From assembly GCF_006345805.1 (NCBI RefSeq), contig NW_021833637.1, positions 1-56,946 of the forward strand: DNA of 56,946 nucleotides. Direction: 5' to 3'. The notes beneath the pieces were generated by a model. That model did not search any database. It was given only the letters and a program-made list of their open reading frames with translations, and was not told the DNA's origin. Position 1 is the first letter of the stretch; each line of letters starts with the position of its first letter. The DNA is from Octopus sinensis (taxonomy: Eukaryota). Position numbers and translations under genes: made by a program. Shown here piece after piece: positions 26,145-39,356 of the stretch.

Positions 26145-26622
26145 CTTATTACAGTAATTTGACAGTAGCCAACTGCCGGTCCGTCTTGAAGTGTTTATTA
26201 AGATCTCGTAGTTATGTTCTTGGTCATTTGTGCCGTACCGCCACCTGACGGAGAGAAATATAAAACAAACACTTAGATATATACAAATGTAAGCCGCAGA
26301 TATATACATATATAAACGTAGATATGTACATAAATGAACCGCAGGCTTCTTTCAGGTTCCGTCTATCAAATACAGGCAGAAAGTTTCGCCTAATGCAGAT
26401 ATTTACCAGAAAACACCCACCGAAGGTGCCACACAGTGGGGATAAACCCAAGACCACATATTTGGGAAGCAAGCTTCTAATCCACGTAGCAACGCCTGCG
26501 CCTACTTATTTATTTAAGGAAATATATATCTGACTATATATTGGTGTCACGTGATATTGTGATATCACGTGATCACGTGATCAACCACTGATCATACGAT
26601 ATCGAGTAATCACAGGATCAAC

Positions 26623-27162
26623 CATTGGTTCTCAACCGACGTCCACGTGGTCCCTGAGGGCCCATTTAAGATTTTTAGGGTACCGCGCAGGAAAATATCA
26701 ATTTGGTGTTTCACACCAGTATTTTAAGGGACCCTGAAAAATATCTTGCTTTTGATGTATTGGAATACATACTGCTAGGTTTCTTTCTCTGACATTCTAC
26801 ACAAGTTAATGGGTGAAAGCTAAATGGGAATTTTGAAAGAAGTTTCTATAAAACTAGTTCTTAAAGTTCGAATCGTTATGGGGATTCACCAGAATAAAAT
26901 TAAAATCAAAGGGGTTCATAGATAGATAATAGCTGAGAACCCATAAAGTTTAGATGTATGTATTAGCATGTATTGTGAGAAACAGTTAGATTTCTTTCTC
27001 TACATAGTTCAGCCTACAAAAGTGAATGTGTGAAAAACAAAATAAGCATTTTGAAAAACGTCTCTATGAAACTGTTTTTAAACATCCAATGGCTATGAGG
27101 GGTTCATCAGAATAAAAGAACAATAAAAGGAGTCCATAGATATAAATGGTTGAGAATCCCTG
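26623..27162. mobile_element. hAT-like MITE remnant
   Basis: CATTGGTTCTCAACC left end and GGTTGAGAATCCCTG right end; no clear TSD. Confidence 0.45.
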
Positions 27163-27214
27163 GACAAGACTATTGGATGTTGTTATGCATCGCTTGTCCC
27201 AATACGCCTTGCAT

Positions 27215-27420
27215 CCTGTTAGCTTTCGAATGGCGCCACCATGCTGGTTAACCGAGGAGACCGACATTCTCCTTTATGGAAAGGATATTCCATCATTTAC
27301 AGCTGAGTGGGCTGTAGCAACGTGAAACGTAATGTTTTGCTCCAGGGTACACCGCACCACTCGATCCCATGATATAGTGATCGTGTATGCAACACCGTAA
27401 CCACCAGGCCACGCGCACTC
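27215..27420 (-). mobile_element. SINE family C
   Basis: GCAACGTGAAACGTAATGTTTTGCTC shared with 12575-12605. Confidence 0.6.
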
Positions 27421-27450
27421 AGATGCATATATCTTATTTTTTTAACCATT

Positions 27451-27839
27451 ATACTTGTTTCAGTCATTTGACTGCGGCCATGCTGGAGTACCGCCTTTAA
27501 TCGAACGAATCAACCACAGGACCTATTCTTTGTAAGCTTAATACTCATTCAATCAGTTTCTTCTACAGAACCGCTAAGGTACGGGGATGTAAACACACCA
27601 ACATCAGTTGTCAAGCGATGGTAGCGGGGACAAACACAGACACATACATATGCATACACACACACACTCATGTATAAGACGGCCTTCTTTTATCTTCCGT
27701 CTGCTTTATCCACTCACAAGGATTTGGTTGGCCCGAGGCTATATAAGAAGACACATGACCAAGGTGCCACGCAACGGGACTGTACCCGGAAACATGTGGG
27801 TGAGAACCAAGCTTCGTATCACACACCCGGGCCTGCGCC
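27451..27839 (-). mobile_element. SINE family A, diverged full length
   Basis: Reverse complement of head, core and tail. Confidence 0.85.
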
Positions 27840-28261
27840 TATACGTGTCAGTGATTTTGTTCGCAGGTCTGTAAATGCAGCTCCTACTTACAGACATTTA
27901 AATTCATGGATTAAATTCGCTCAATCGAGGAACTGTACTGTGCCAGTAATGTTAACCACGCGCAAATGATCTCTCTCAATTTCTTTCCCTCTCTATTCAT
28001 CTCTCTCAATCTCTCTTTCTCTATCTCTCGCTCGCTCGCTCCCTTGCTCTGCTAAAACAGAATTAAATAAAAACGTGAACTGGTCCAAGACAGAGAAAAA
28101 CTATCCCTCCCCATGTAAAAATGAAGATTCATCGAAATTCGATAGGAACATTATGCGGAGAGCAGAGAGAAAAGCGTAAAGCATTAATTATTTCTTATAG
28201 CGAGATCTCTTCGTGATAGCATTGAGAAAGAGAAATAATTAGGTAGCTAGTAAAGAGGTGT

Positions 28262-28992
<731 letters not shown>

Positions 28993-29474
28993 AATCTTGA
29001 TAATGATACAGCTGAGCTGAAGGAAATAGTTGCTCGACCTTCATTTTATCTTATTTTGTCTTTTTCTTTTTTATCTTTCTTTTCTCGATCTGCTGAAACT
29101 GTTATAGATTTATCGGTTAGCTTTTGGCAAAAATGAGTTTGGTGGCTTAGAAGATATTGTAGGTTATTTTGTATTAATAACCATATCTAAAATTGGCGTG
29201 CTGCTTGCACTAAAAGCCAGTAATCATGGAGATACACACAGTCTCTGAGATTATTCTTGAATATATTGATGGGAAAAGTACGCGCATGAGAGAGAAAGAG
29301 AGAGAGATTGGGTGAGAAAGAGAGAGAGAGAGAGAGAGAGAGTAAATGTGAGGAGGGGATATGAGAGTTAAGTAACGTAGTCTTGAAATAACATACACCA
29401 TTTACTCTCATCGATTGACACACCTCCTATTGGCTAAACACCAGCGTGATCATTATAGTACGATTATTATCACG

Positions 29475-30160
29475 ACTACTACTACTACTACTACTACTAC
29501 TATACTACTACTACTACTATTATTATTATTATTATTATCATCATATTCTTTTTTCATCTGTTGCTATTGTTATTGCTATAGTTACTATCATTATTTCTTC
29601 TTCTCCTTCTCCCCCTCCTTCTTCTTCTTCTTCTTCTTCTTCTACTTCTTCTTCTTCTTCTACTTCTTCTTCTTCTCCTTCCTCTTCTTCTTCTTCTTCT
29701 ACTTCTTCTTCTTCTCCTTCTTCTTCTTCTTCTCCTTCTTCTTCTTCTTCTTCTTCTTCTTCTTCTTCTCCTTCCTCTTCTTCTTCTTCTTCTACTTCTT
29801 CTTCTTCTCTTCTTCTTCTTCTTCTTCTTCTTCTTCTCCTTCTTCTTCTTCTTCTTCTTTCTTCTTCTTCTTCTTCTTCTTCTTCTTCATATTCTGAGCG
29901 TCATAATCGTCATTCTAAATATCATCATGCACATGGTAATGTTAATCATCATCATCGTCGTCGTCGTCATGATAATGATCGTGGTCATCATCATCATCAT
30001 CATCATCATGACCACCATTATGATCCTCCTCCTCCTCCTCCTCATCATCATCATCATCATTATCATGAACCTCATCCTCAACATTATCAATCTTACCACC
30101 ACTATGAGCACCGCTATTATGCTAGTAGTAGTAGTAGTAGTAATAGTAGTGGTGGTAGTG

Positions 30161-30234
<74 letters not shown>

Positions 30235-30277
30235 TATAGTAGTTGTAGTAGTAGTAGTAGTAGTAGTTATAGTAGTT

Positions 30278-30314
<37 letters not shown>

Positions 30315-30352
30315 CAGCAGCAGCAAACAGCAGCAGCAGCAGTAGTAGTGAC
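29475..30352. repeat. Compound trinucleotide array (ACT, ATT, TCT, CAT, CCT, AGT, AGC)
   Basis: Direct reading. Confidence 0.95.
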
Positions 30353-30597
30353 AGCAGTACTATTTATGCGAATTAGAAATTTCTCAACAGAATTTTTAGA
30401 ATTTCCATTTTTGAAACAATATTCGTGACCACCAAACAACGCACAAACACAAGCACGATTGCACACACGCATACACAATACATAAATGTACATAGATGCA
30501 TACACAAACGTTTATATACATATATTCTTACATACATACATACATACATACATCTATATATATATAATTTCTGTATGCATCTATGTATATATATATA

Positions 30598-30635
30598 GGC
30601 GCAGGAGTGGCTGTGTGGTAAATAGTTTGCTAACC
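30598..30635 (+). mobile_element. SINE family A head, split by an insertion (remainder at 32931-33075)
   Basis: GGCGCAGGAGTGGCTGTGTGGTAAATAGTTTGCTAACC, then unrelated sequence. Confidence 0.8.
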
Positions 30636-30636
30636 T

Positions 30637-32930
30637 ACTTCCCATGGGTCTTTGTTGTCAGTGTACGCATGCGTCATTGTGTTGTGCACTGAAGAAGATA
30701 GCCGCAGTGTTTAGCCTGCCAAAAAGAAGCTGCTGCAAGGTAGGACTTTTGTCTCTTGGGTCCAGTGGGGGTTGTTGTCTGTGGTTATAATTTTTACAAA
30801 AAATGAGTCCTCACTGGATTCAAAATGTTGGTCTGCTTGCGGTGCAGCAATACTGTTCAAATCAAGTGAAAAGTTTTTGTCTCATTGTGAGAAGTACAGT
30901 TTGGGTGCGTATCCTTCAACCAGAAGTTGTTCACTTTTAATAGTGTATGTTTTTACAACAACGTTTACCATTAATTGGAAAGCTGTATTTCAAGTGTTCA
31001 CACTAAGTGAAAAGTGTTTCTCATTGTGAGAAGTATAGTTTGGTGGCGTATCCTGCCACCAAAAGTTGTTCGCTGTTTTTTAAATAGTGTGTATTTGTGC
31101 AACTATGTTTACCAATAATTGGAAAGCTGTATTTCAAGTGGAGCAGTCAAGGTTTTAAACGAAGTTCCATATCGCTTGGAGTACCTGAATACCCAGACTA
31201 TTTTTTTACTGTATTTTTTGAACTGTTGTTTTCTTCTTCTTTTGTGACTTTCTTATTGAATTGTTTGCTTTTTTTTTCTTTTTCCCTTTTCTTTCCTTTT
31301 GATTGCACTCTTTTCTTTTTGAAATTTGTGAAATATTGTTTTGAACTTTTTTTACTTTTTAATTTAAAACATGGCAAAAAAATACGGATAAGATTGTAGG
31401 GTGGCAGATTGTCTTTAAGAGTGGCTCACACAGCAAGAGGAGAGGACGGTGGTGTTGAGAACGTATTCGAAGTTGCTCGATACCAATGCCGTCTTCTCCA
31501 AGAATATGGTTGAGCAGGATTTGGCGGGACATCTGCCAACCATTAAGGATATCTCTAGGGGTGTCAAATGTGCAACGGTGTGGTTGCTGTTTGACACCCC
31601 AGGAAAGGCTCGCAGTTTTGTGAGCCAGCCCGGTGAGGGTAAAGAAATTTTGTTTCTTCCCAATTATTGTGGAAAAAAATTGACGAAGGCCTGGGTCTGC
31701 GGTTTACCACCCGGAATTGAACCCCAGTGGATAGAAGTTGATATCCGTCGGGGTCTGGGTGGCAACGGAGCCAGGCTCCTTAATATGAAAATTCTTCCTG
31801 CGGCTGATTGGGTTGGGTCAAAACAGCTTTTGACCCTGTGCATCCAATCAGCCAAGAATCTGGTTATGCTAGATTTTTTGAAAATGGCCGGGTGCAGGTA
31901 CTCGGATATTCTTGAGGGTCGACCCCCCTCTAGGTGTCATCGGTGCCTGGAGCCTGGCCATATAAAGAAAAACTGTCCTTAGCAACAAAGCAAAGTCCTG
32001 GAGTAGTTGATTGAAACCTCTGTAGAAGAAGGAACGAAGGCGGCCGAGGAGACGGAGGACTCCTCAAACAAGGGCCGCAAGTGGAAGAAGGTGAGCCACA
32101 ATGGGTGCTCACTGAAGGACCCTAGGGATGAGGGAGGGGAGGCGAATCTCCCTAACACGGAGGAGACGCACTCTCCCTGAGTTGAGAAAAAAAGAGGAAG
32201 ACGAAAAGAAACGGTACATTGCCGGCAGTCGGTGACATAGCACCGGAATGTCCAGGAACCTTGCCGGTAGGGATTGTGCCAACGGCAGAGGAAGAGATAA
32301 TGTTGGGGGGAATTGTGCAGCCAACGGTAGAATTGACTACCTCGAACCCGGAAGGAGGGGAACTATTGGTCTTCTTCTACAGAGGTGGAGAGGTAGAAAA
32401 GGTGCTGGAAAAGCACCATAAGGGAGTACCTTTAGCCTGCACACAGGATCCCGAATGGCCTCTGCAGACAGCTGTGATGGTCATAACGGTGTCTGTGGGG
32501 TATAGGCTGCAGGGATTCAATGAGGAATATAGCATATGGCCGGGCGACGCCGGCTCAGATCCCGCCTTGGTCTTGAATGAGGAGTGGGGGATGGTGGAGT
32601 ATACGCGCACAAGCGATGTTGGGGAGGGATAGTGACAAGAAATTGGAAAGCCTCGGTGTTATAATGTTTATTGTATAATGGTTAATGTTTATTGCATGTT
32701 ATTGTGCTTAAGGGGCTTAACGCCAATTCTTAAATAGACTATTACTCCAAAAATTGTAAAACTGAAGTAAGAGGTTTTTTCTATGAAATAATGTTTTAAA
32801 GAATCAAAAATTCGACGGCCGTTTTTTGTCTTCTCCCATTAATATCATCCTTTTCATCATTCACCTCATCAATGTCTTTCTCCCGCTCGCAAGATACTAT
32901 GTATCATGCCTTTATGGCAAAATTTTTGAA
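30637..32930 (+). mobile_element. ORF1-only (HAL1-like) L1/Tx1-type non-autonomous element
   Basis: Starts ACTTCC; tandem 5' UTR monomers; gag-like ORF1 with CCHC knuckle; no EN/RT seen; flanked by an 18-19 bp imperfect direct repeat. Confidence 0.65.
31449..32632 (+). pseudogene. Disrupted gag-like ORF1 with CX2CX4HX4C zinc knuckle
   Basis: CHRCLEPGHIKKNC near 31935-31976; the frame continues past in-frame stops through a charged region, then shifts into 32219-32632. Confidence 0.7.
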
Positions 32931-33073
32931 GTAAAGTAGTTTGCTTACCAACCACATGGTTCCGGGTTCAGTTCCACTACGTAGCATCTTGGGCAAGTGT
33001 CTTCTACTATAGATTCGGGCCTACCAAAGCCTTGTGAGTGGGTTTGGTAGACATAAACTGAAAGAAGCCCATC

Positions 33074-33075
<2 letters not shown>
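32931..33075 (+). mobile_element. SINE family A remainder
   Basis: Begins GTAAAGTAGTTTGCTTACCAACCACATGG and lacks the first 20 nt of the head. Confidence 0.85.
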
Positions 33076-33113
<38 letters not shown>

Positions 33114-33421
33114 CATATTAATAAATAAAACATATGCATATATATATATACATATATGTACGTACCAACCTCTACATGCGAAAAGCAAATCAATTAAAAT
33201 TTGAGATCTTTTCGCAGAGGGGGGAAAAATGGTAAGAAAAACAGGACAGTAACGACGGTACAAAATATAGGTTTTATTTATAATATATTACATGACGGAA
33301 CGTACGCATCCATTTCTAAGTAACATTGTTCTTGATATATCCATATCTATATCTATATCTATATCTATATTATATCTATATATATATTATATATATATAT
33401 ATATAATATATAATAATAATA

Positions 33422-33504
<83 letters not shown>

Positions 33505-33509
33505 TATAT

Positions 33510-33550
<41 letters not shown>

Positions 33551-33940
33551 TAATATAAGTATTGTATGTGTGTGAGTGTGTGCGGATGTGAATGCGAATG
33601 TGAAACCTACGGGAATGTTTCTGGCAGTATAAAATGGGAAGCTAAACATTATATAAGATGTTATCACGATACCATGATTACATTTATTTAGAACCTTTTA
33701 AATACTCTCTCAAACAGTATTTTATAAAGGCAATCGTGAAATGTGACCTCGCCAAATAATGAGCTAGCAAACTTCTCTAGACACACAGTCATATATACGC
33801 ACGAACAAATATATATATATATATGTATATATATATATCTACACATATATATATATAATGCATATATAATATATACATATATATATATATATCAATAAGA
33901 TATATATGGATATATACATACCTACATATATATATATATA

Positions 33941-33976
<36 letters not shown>

Positions 33977-34778
33977 ACTGGACGTAAAAAACGTGAACAG
34001 AATAAATAACAAGAACATTAAGAAAGCTAAAACATGGAAAATGAACTTTTGGGGGACAATGAACGAAACAAATAGAGAAACGAGACAAGTAACATAAAGA
34101 ACAATCCCTTCATCAGTTGTCCCCTGTTTTATCTTCTCTACGTTTCAAAGGAAGGATATATATATATATATATTTCGTTTTGGGATTTGGTTTGCAAGAT
34201 TCTTTATGTGAGTGTGTTGAAGCATATCTTGCTGTGTCTAGGGGGAGTCATTTTCTTTTAGTGCCTTATTTCTTAATACACTCACCGGTTCAGTTTCCAA
34301 TCATATCCTTCTTCATTTTTCCTTTTCTTCCTTTTTTACTACTTTTATTATTTAGTTACTCATATATATAATGTTTAAAATTAAAGTTTTCGTGGGAGAC
34401 TTTAAAATGTAGTGTCAAAATTTAGTGCGGTGGGAGTGTATGTAGTGTGCTTTGAGAGTAGGTTCCCCACTGAAAGCTACGGGGTGGGGAGGGGTCATCT
34501 ACGTTACTGCAATTTAGCCGCAGGATTTACATCAGGAATTCCTCGGTGCACGTTCAGTATATTTTAAGTAATCGATAGGGAAGCCAGAATGCGCTGGATG
34601 CTTTATATTATTCAACCATCCTTTTGGCTGACACCTTCACTGCTCTCTAGTGGCTGCAATTCCCTTATATCAGTCCTCAATCACCAGGGAGCAGCATAGA
34701 TATAAGACTAAACGATCGTCACACGAAATAAAACTCATTGTACAATCTGCTTTCCTTAGTTTTTTAACATATATATAT

Positions 34779-34886
<108 letters not shown>

Positions 34887-34940
34887 ATATGTATATGTAT
34901 ATACATATACAGGTATGGCTGTGTAATAAGTAGCTTGCTT

Positions 34941-35962
34941 ACTTCCGGTTACCCAGAATGCAACACTAGTTGGTCTGGACTGTTACAGTGAGAAGACGTG
35001 AGTTTTGACTCCGTAAAGATAAAGAAGAACAAAAAGAAAAATTGTCAATTATGGCTCGCTATAGCGAGCAAAAATTTTGTGTTCTCATCACCATAACGGT
35101 GAATTGAGAATTTTTGCGTGTAAATTCTTGGTGTGGCTCTTTTTCGCCAAATAATTTGTAAATTCTAGTGGGCGTATCTCGCTAGAAAAGTGGAATTTTT
35201 CCGAACTGGAGTACTTCAAGAATAATCCAGACTATTGGATTACCTGTTGGAGTATTATACAAAGGATTCCCTATCTGTGCTATTTGTGAGGTTTTTCTTT
35301 TATTTTTTCCCTTCTATTTTTTCTTTCTTTCTAAATTTTGGTTCATTCTTTTCATTGTTTTAATTTCAGTTTCCTTTCCTTTTTTTTATTTTGCTTTATT
35401 TTTATTCGGTATTAATTTTTTGGCAGACTGTTTTTTGAACTACCTTTGAACTGTTTTTTTTTGGGGGGGTGGGGGGCATGGCAGAGAAGGAACTTAAAAA
35501 GAAGAACTCTGTCTTAGGGTGGGAACTTAACCCGCCTAAGCAGTGGTTAAAAGGTATGGAGGAGAGAACGGTGGTGGTTAGAACTTATTCTAAAGTTCTT
35601 GATTCCATCACCGTCTTCCCAAAACCAGTTATAGAAAATGAACTGAAAGACTATATGTCCTCTGTGAAATACATATCACGTGGTGTCAAACTTGCAACCG
35701 TATGGTTGCTGTTTGACAACATTAGTTGCGTAACAAACGTTTGACAAAATTGCTGTTTGACAACATTAGTTGCGTACCGAACGGCCCTAAGGCTTCGAGA
35801 GGTGGGGGATAAACTCGAACAAAGTGGAAGAGCTTCACTCTCCCGAAGTCAGGAAGAAAAATAAGACAAAGAAGAACGGGTCGCGCAGGGGTGAGATGAT
35901 GTGCTTATTGGTTTAGAGAACTCAATAAGCTAAGGGTCGCTGACAATAGTTACCCTAAATTT
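34941..35962 (+). mobile_element. Second, internally deleted ORF1-only element
   Basis: Starts ACTTCCGG after a SINE A head; VVRTYSKVLD...ISRGVKLATVWLLFD is homologous to 31449 (VLRTYSKLLD...ISRGVKCATVWLLFD); shared GGAGTAC...CCAGACTA UTR motif. Confidence 0.65.
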
Positions 35963-36365
35963 TAATAAGAATTGCTTCTCAAATGTGAGAGCATTTTATA
36001 AAGAAACTTTGGCAGCGTCGAATGAGTTGGTATTTAACAGGCAAGTGAGTAAATTTCGAAGGTAGCATAACTGTAAATGCGGTGGGGATTAGGTTGGGGA
36101 TTCTTAGAAGGCCGGAAAATGTTGCCGGTAGTCGGCATACGTAAAATAAGAACTGAAATAAATGGTTGAAGAACGAATATATAGTGTGTGTGTTTATTTT
36201 TGATTTAGCAAACAAAAAAAAAAAGAAAAAAAGAAGACAATCGCGAACTATAACAATATCTGTTTCAACACGCGGTTTTACATGAGAAATCTTGCAACAC
36301 AAATTTATAAACGTGTATGGTATATATATATGTATATATATATACTATATATATATATATATATA

Positions 36366-36432
<67 letters not shown>

Positions 36433-36510
36433 GAGTGAGTGGACAGACCAAAGAAAATGCCCCTCATCACATTTGTTGGAAGTTGTATGCATTACAGTTT
36501 AATATGGATT

Positions 36511-36563
36511 CCATGCTACTTCAAATTTCGAAGGCCATAACGGAGCCTTTCTCGTCAGAATGG
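36511..36563 (-). ncRNA. Degenerate hammerhead-like motif
   Basis: CCATT-CTGACGA-GAAAGGC(TCCGTTATG)GCCTTC-GAAA-TTTGAAG-TA-GCATGG; stem I is out of register near the core. Confidence 0.35.
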
Positions 36564-37089
36564 TAATAATCCGAATAACTGGAGAGATGCAGGAAGTACA
36601 AGATGGCCTCCGATAGATGGGCTGCGATTGGTCAAGGAAGGTCAGGTGATGTAATCGTTGGTAGTATTGCTAACTAAGCGACAGCAGTTACATCGGAGAA
36701 AAGAGTTTCTTTGGCCCCGTGGCTGGACATAAAATTTGTTGCAACCGTTCGTCCAGCCAAGAGATTTTGTGGGGGTTTTGAGGCTACGAGCTTCGGTTCG
36801 TGTGTGCGCGCATATGTGTAAGCATGTGCGCGTGTATGCATGCATGAGTGTGTATCCCTATGTGCGTGTATACTTATGTATGTGTGTATGTATTTGTGCG
36901 GATGTGATATACACATGTGTGTATGTATACGCGTATTTACGTGTGTGTATTTGCGCGAGTGCGTTTGTGCGTGCGTATGTGCATGTGTTTGTGTGCTTGT
37001 GCATATTATATGCGTGAGCGTGTATAATATTTGTGTGTGTGCGTGTATGTGGAAATGAAAATAGATGGCTATGAATATTGCTGTAGTGC

Positions 37090-37700
37090 AGCTTAAAGCC
37101 AGCTCTGCATGAGCAGACTAGAATCGAAGAAAGATCCATCTTTTTTAAACAATCTTAGACGAACATCAATCCTTCTTCTTTGGCCAATATATTTAGGAGA
37201 TCACATCACGTATAGAATCCCATCAAAAGCAACTGTCATTATACTTTCCACTTAGATTTCCAATTTAGGCCAATGGAGACAATGGATATTATCCAAGAGT
37301 CTTGTTCGGGACCTACACCTGGATCTCGTTCCGGTTGGTTTAGTTTCAATCATCCATTTTACGATTCCTTCCTGCGACAACCGAAATACCGGACCTCTGG
37401 CTTTTCAGTGGGGAAAAGTTGAACCTTGACCTGGAGAAAATCCTTGGTCTCCGAACTACGTAACCTGGTGAATAACATTATCCTAGAGACGCTTTTGAGA
37501 GGACCGTGTTCTGGCCAATTACATTAGTGATCGCAAAGTTAGCCGCCTGTTAAAATCCCCGTTAGGATTTGATTTGGAAAGGTCTTGGTTGTTATTTCTA
37601 GTAGATGGGGCAACCAGATTGTGTCTCCCTTCCTGATCGGTAGGAAGGTGACAATATAGTAAGAATTTTACATTTGGCAATCAGGGGTCCATACATGAGA
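37090..37700 (-). mobile_element. RTE-like LINE 3' fragment
   Basis: GIVKWMIETKPTGTRSRCRSRTRLLDNI resembles the RTE C-terminal KPxGxRxRGRPRxRWxDNI motif. Confidence 0.55.
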
Positions 37701-38451
37701 ACAGTGTTGTAACCTGAAGTATCTCGTCATCTTGTCTTATTTCCAGTGTTGAACGTTCAGACTGAGGTTTCGCGCTCTACAACTTATCGAGGTGAACAAG
37801 TATATAATATGAGAATAGTACGTGCAATAGTTAAAAGACTTGCTATTTGTTATTCGGAGCTATCGCTATCACATTGAATGGCAATCTAATCGATAAAACA
37901 TAAGCTCGAACGAGAAGGTCGGTATAATAGAATTAATCAATTTATCTGTTTTTATCGAAAAGCATTAACACAACTGAGAGGTAATTGCATACTTGGGAAT
38001 AGGATGTAGAATAATCAATCGAACTATTTGAATTGTCTGCCAATGATATGTCCTCTGTCCATAGATAATCGATAGATGTGTCGGAACAAATAATGAGAAG
38101 GAAAAGAAGGATGTAGTGTAGATAAATTGAGCAGAGTTTAAACAGAACAACATCTATATCAAATATAAATGTTGATATAGGCGCATCCTTATTTGTGATG
38201 TTGATAAACGTAAAATGCAATTTGTATGTCAAATAACAAGAAAATGGATGACTACCATTGTTGGAAACGCGCAGTAAATTTATAAGTTAGGGCCGAAATA
38301 ATTTGTAAATATTTCTACGATCCACTGATGGATTGAAATTTTATTAAATATCTCCTTTTTCGAATGTTTATCAGATTTTGTATTTCCGAGATATTGGTTG
38401 TGTTTCAATGTGCGAAAAAATGTAACCAAAGAATATATTCGTTTCTACTCT

Positions 38452-38824
38452 AGGCACAAGGTCTGAAATTTTAGGGGAGGGGGCCAGTGGATTAGATCGA
38501 CCCCAGTACGCAACTGGTACTTAATTTATCGACCCCGAAAGGATGAGAGGAAAAGTCGACCTCGGCAGAATTTGAACCCAGAACGTAAAGACATACGAAA
38601 TACGTATTTCTTTACTATCCACAAGGGGTTAAACACAGAGAGGGCAAACAAGAACAGACAAACGGATTAAATCGATTATGTCGATCCCAGTGCGTAACTG
38701 GTATTTATTTAATCGACCCCGAAAGGATGAAAGGCAAAATCGACCCCTGCGGAATTTGAACTCAGAACGTAAAGACATACGAAATACCGCTTAGCATTTC
38801 ACCCGGCGTGCTAACGTTTCTCCC
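38452..38824 (-). mobile_element. SINE family B, two-unit tandem (184-bp period)
   Basis: GAAATAC recurs at 38597 and 38781. Confidence 0.85.
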
Positions 38825-39004
38825 TCTTGAATATTTTAAATATTATTTTGATATAAACTCTACGTTGACTTTCTGTATATTGTTCACTTCCTGCTTAAAC
38901 ATCTTGCTGTTACTCAATGTAATGTGACCTGTCTTTTTGTTTATACACATAGGCGTCAAAAGGCTGTGTCATAAGAAGTTTACTTCCCAACCACGTGGTT
39001 CCGG

Positions 39005-39072
39005 GCATATGGCGTAGTGGTTAAGAGCACGGCTACTAACCCCAAATTCCGAGTTCGATTCCAAGCAGTGAT

Positions 39073-39125
<53 letters not shown>

Positions 39126-39142
39126 GGATAATAATGGTGATG

Positions 39143-39187
<45 letters not shown>

Positions 39188-39356
39188 TCGAAAATACTTT
39201 AGGAATGAGAACCTAGGTTCGAAATTTCCCCAAGACACCTGATGAAGGCTGGACGGTATATCAGCCGAAACGTTGTGTTAACAACAAAGAAGATGAGGAC
39301 AAATATCCGTCAAATGTAAATAATGTAAATAATTCCTCATCTCTTAAGTATAGAAC
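39005..39356 (+). mobile_element. tRNA-headed SINE-like element with (AAT)n linker and hammerhead-bearing tail
   Basis: A box TGGCGTAGTGG 39010-39020; B box AGTTCGATTCC 39052-39062; (AAT)n about 39075-39185; HHR 39234-39279. Confidence 0.75.
39234..39279 (+). ncRNA. Minimal type I hammerhead ribozyme
   Basis: GACAC-CTGATGA-A-GGCTG(GACGGTATAT)CAGCC-GAAAC-GTT-GTGTT; palindromic AACGTT stem III; predicted cleavage after 39274. Confidence 0.82.

Noticed and set aside
26547-26580. Three TCACGTGA E-box motifs
   Set aside because: Resembles the SINE C tail motif at about 12405-12420 and 41490; no evidence of regulatory function.
29108-29160. Short open frame IYRLAFGKNEFGGLEDI after a pyrimidine tract
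   Set aside because: Too short to distinguish from chance.
29446-30376. 299-aa Ser/His-rich and 149-aa Val/Ile ORFs
   Set aside because: Trinucleotide arrays.
34100-34155. Minus-strand GAAACGTA upstream of CTGATGA (permuted HHR?)
   Set aside because: Stem I cannot form.
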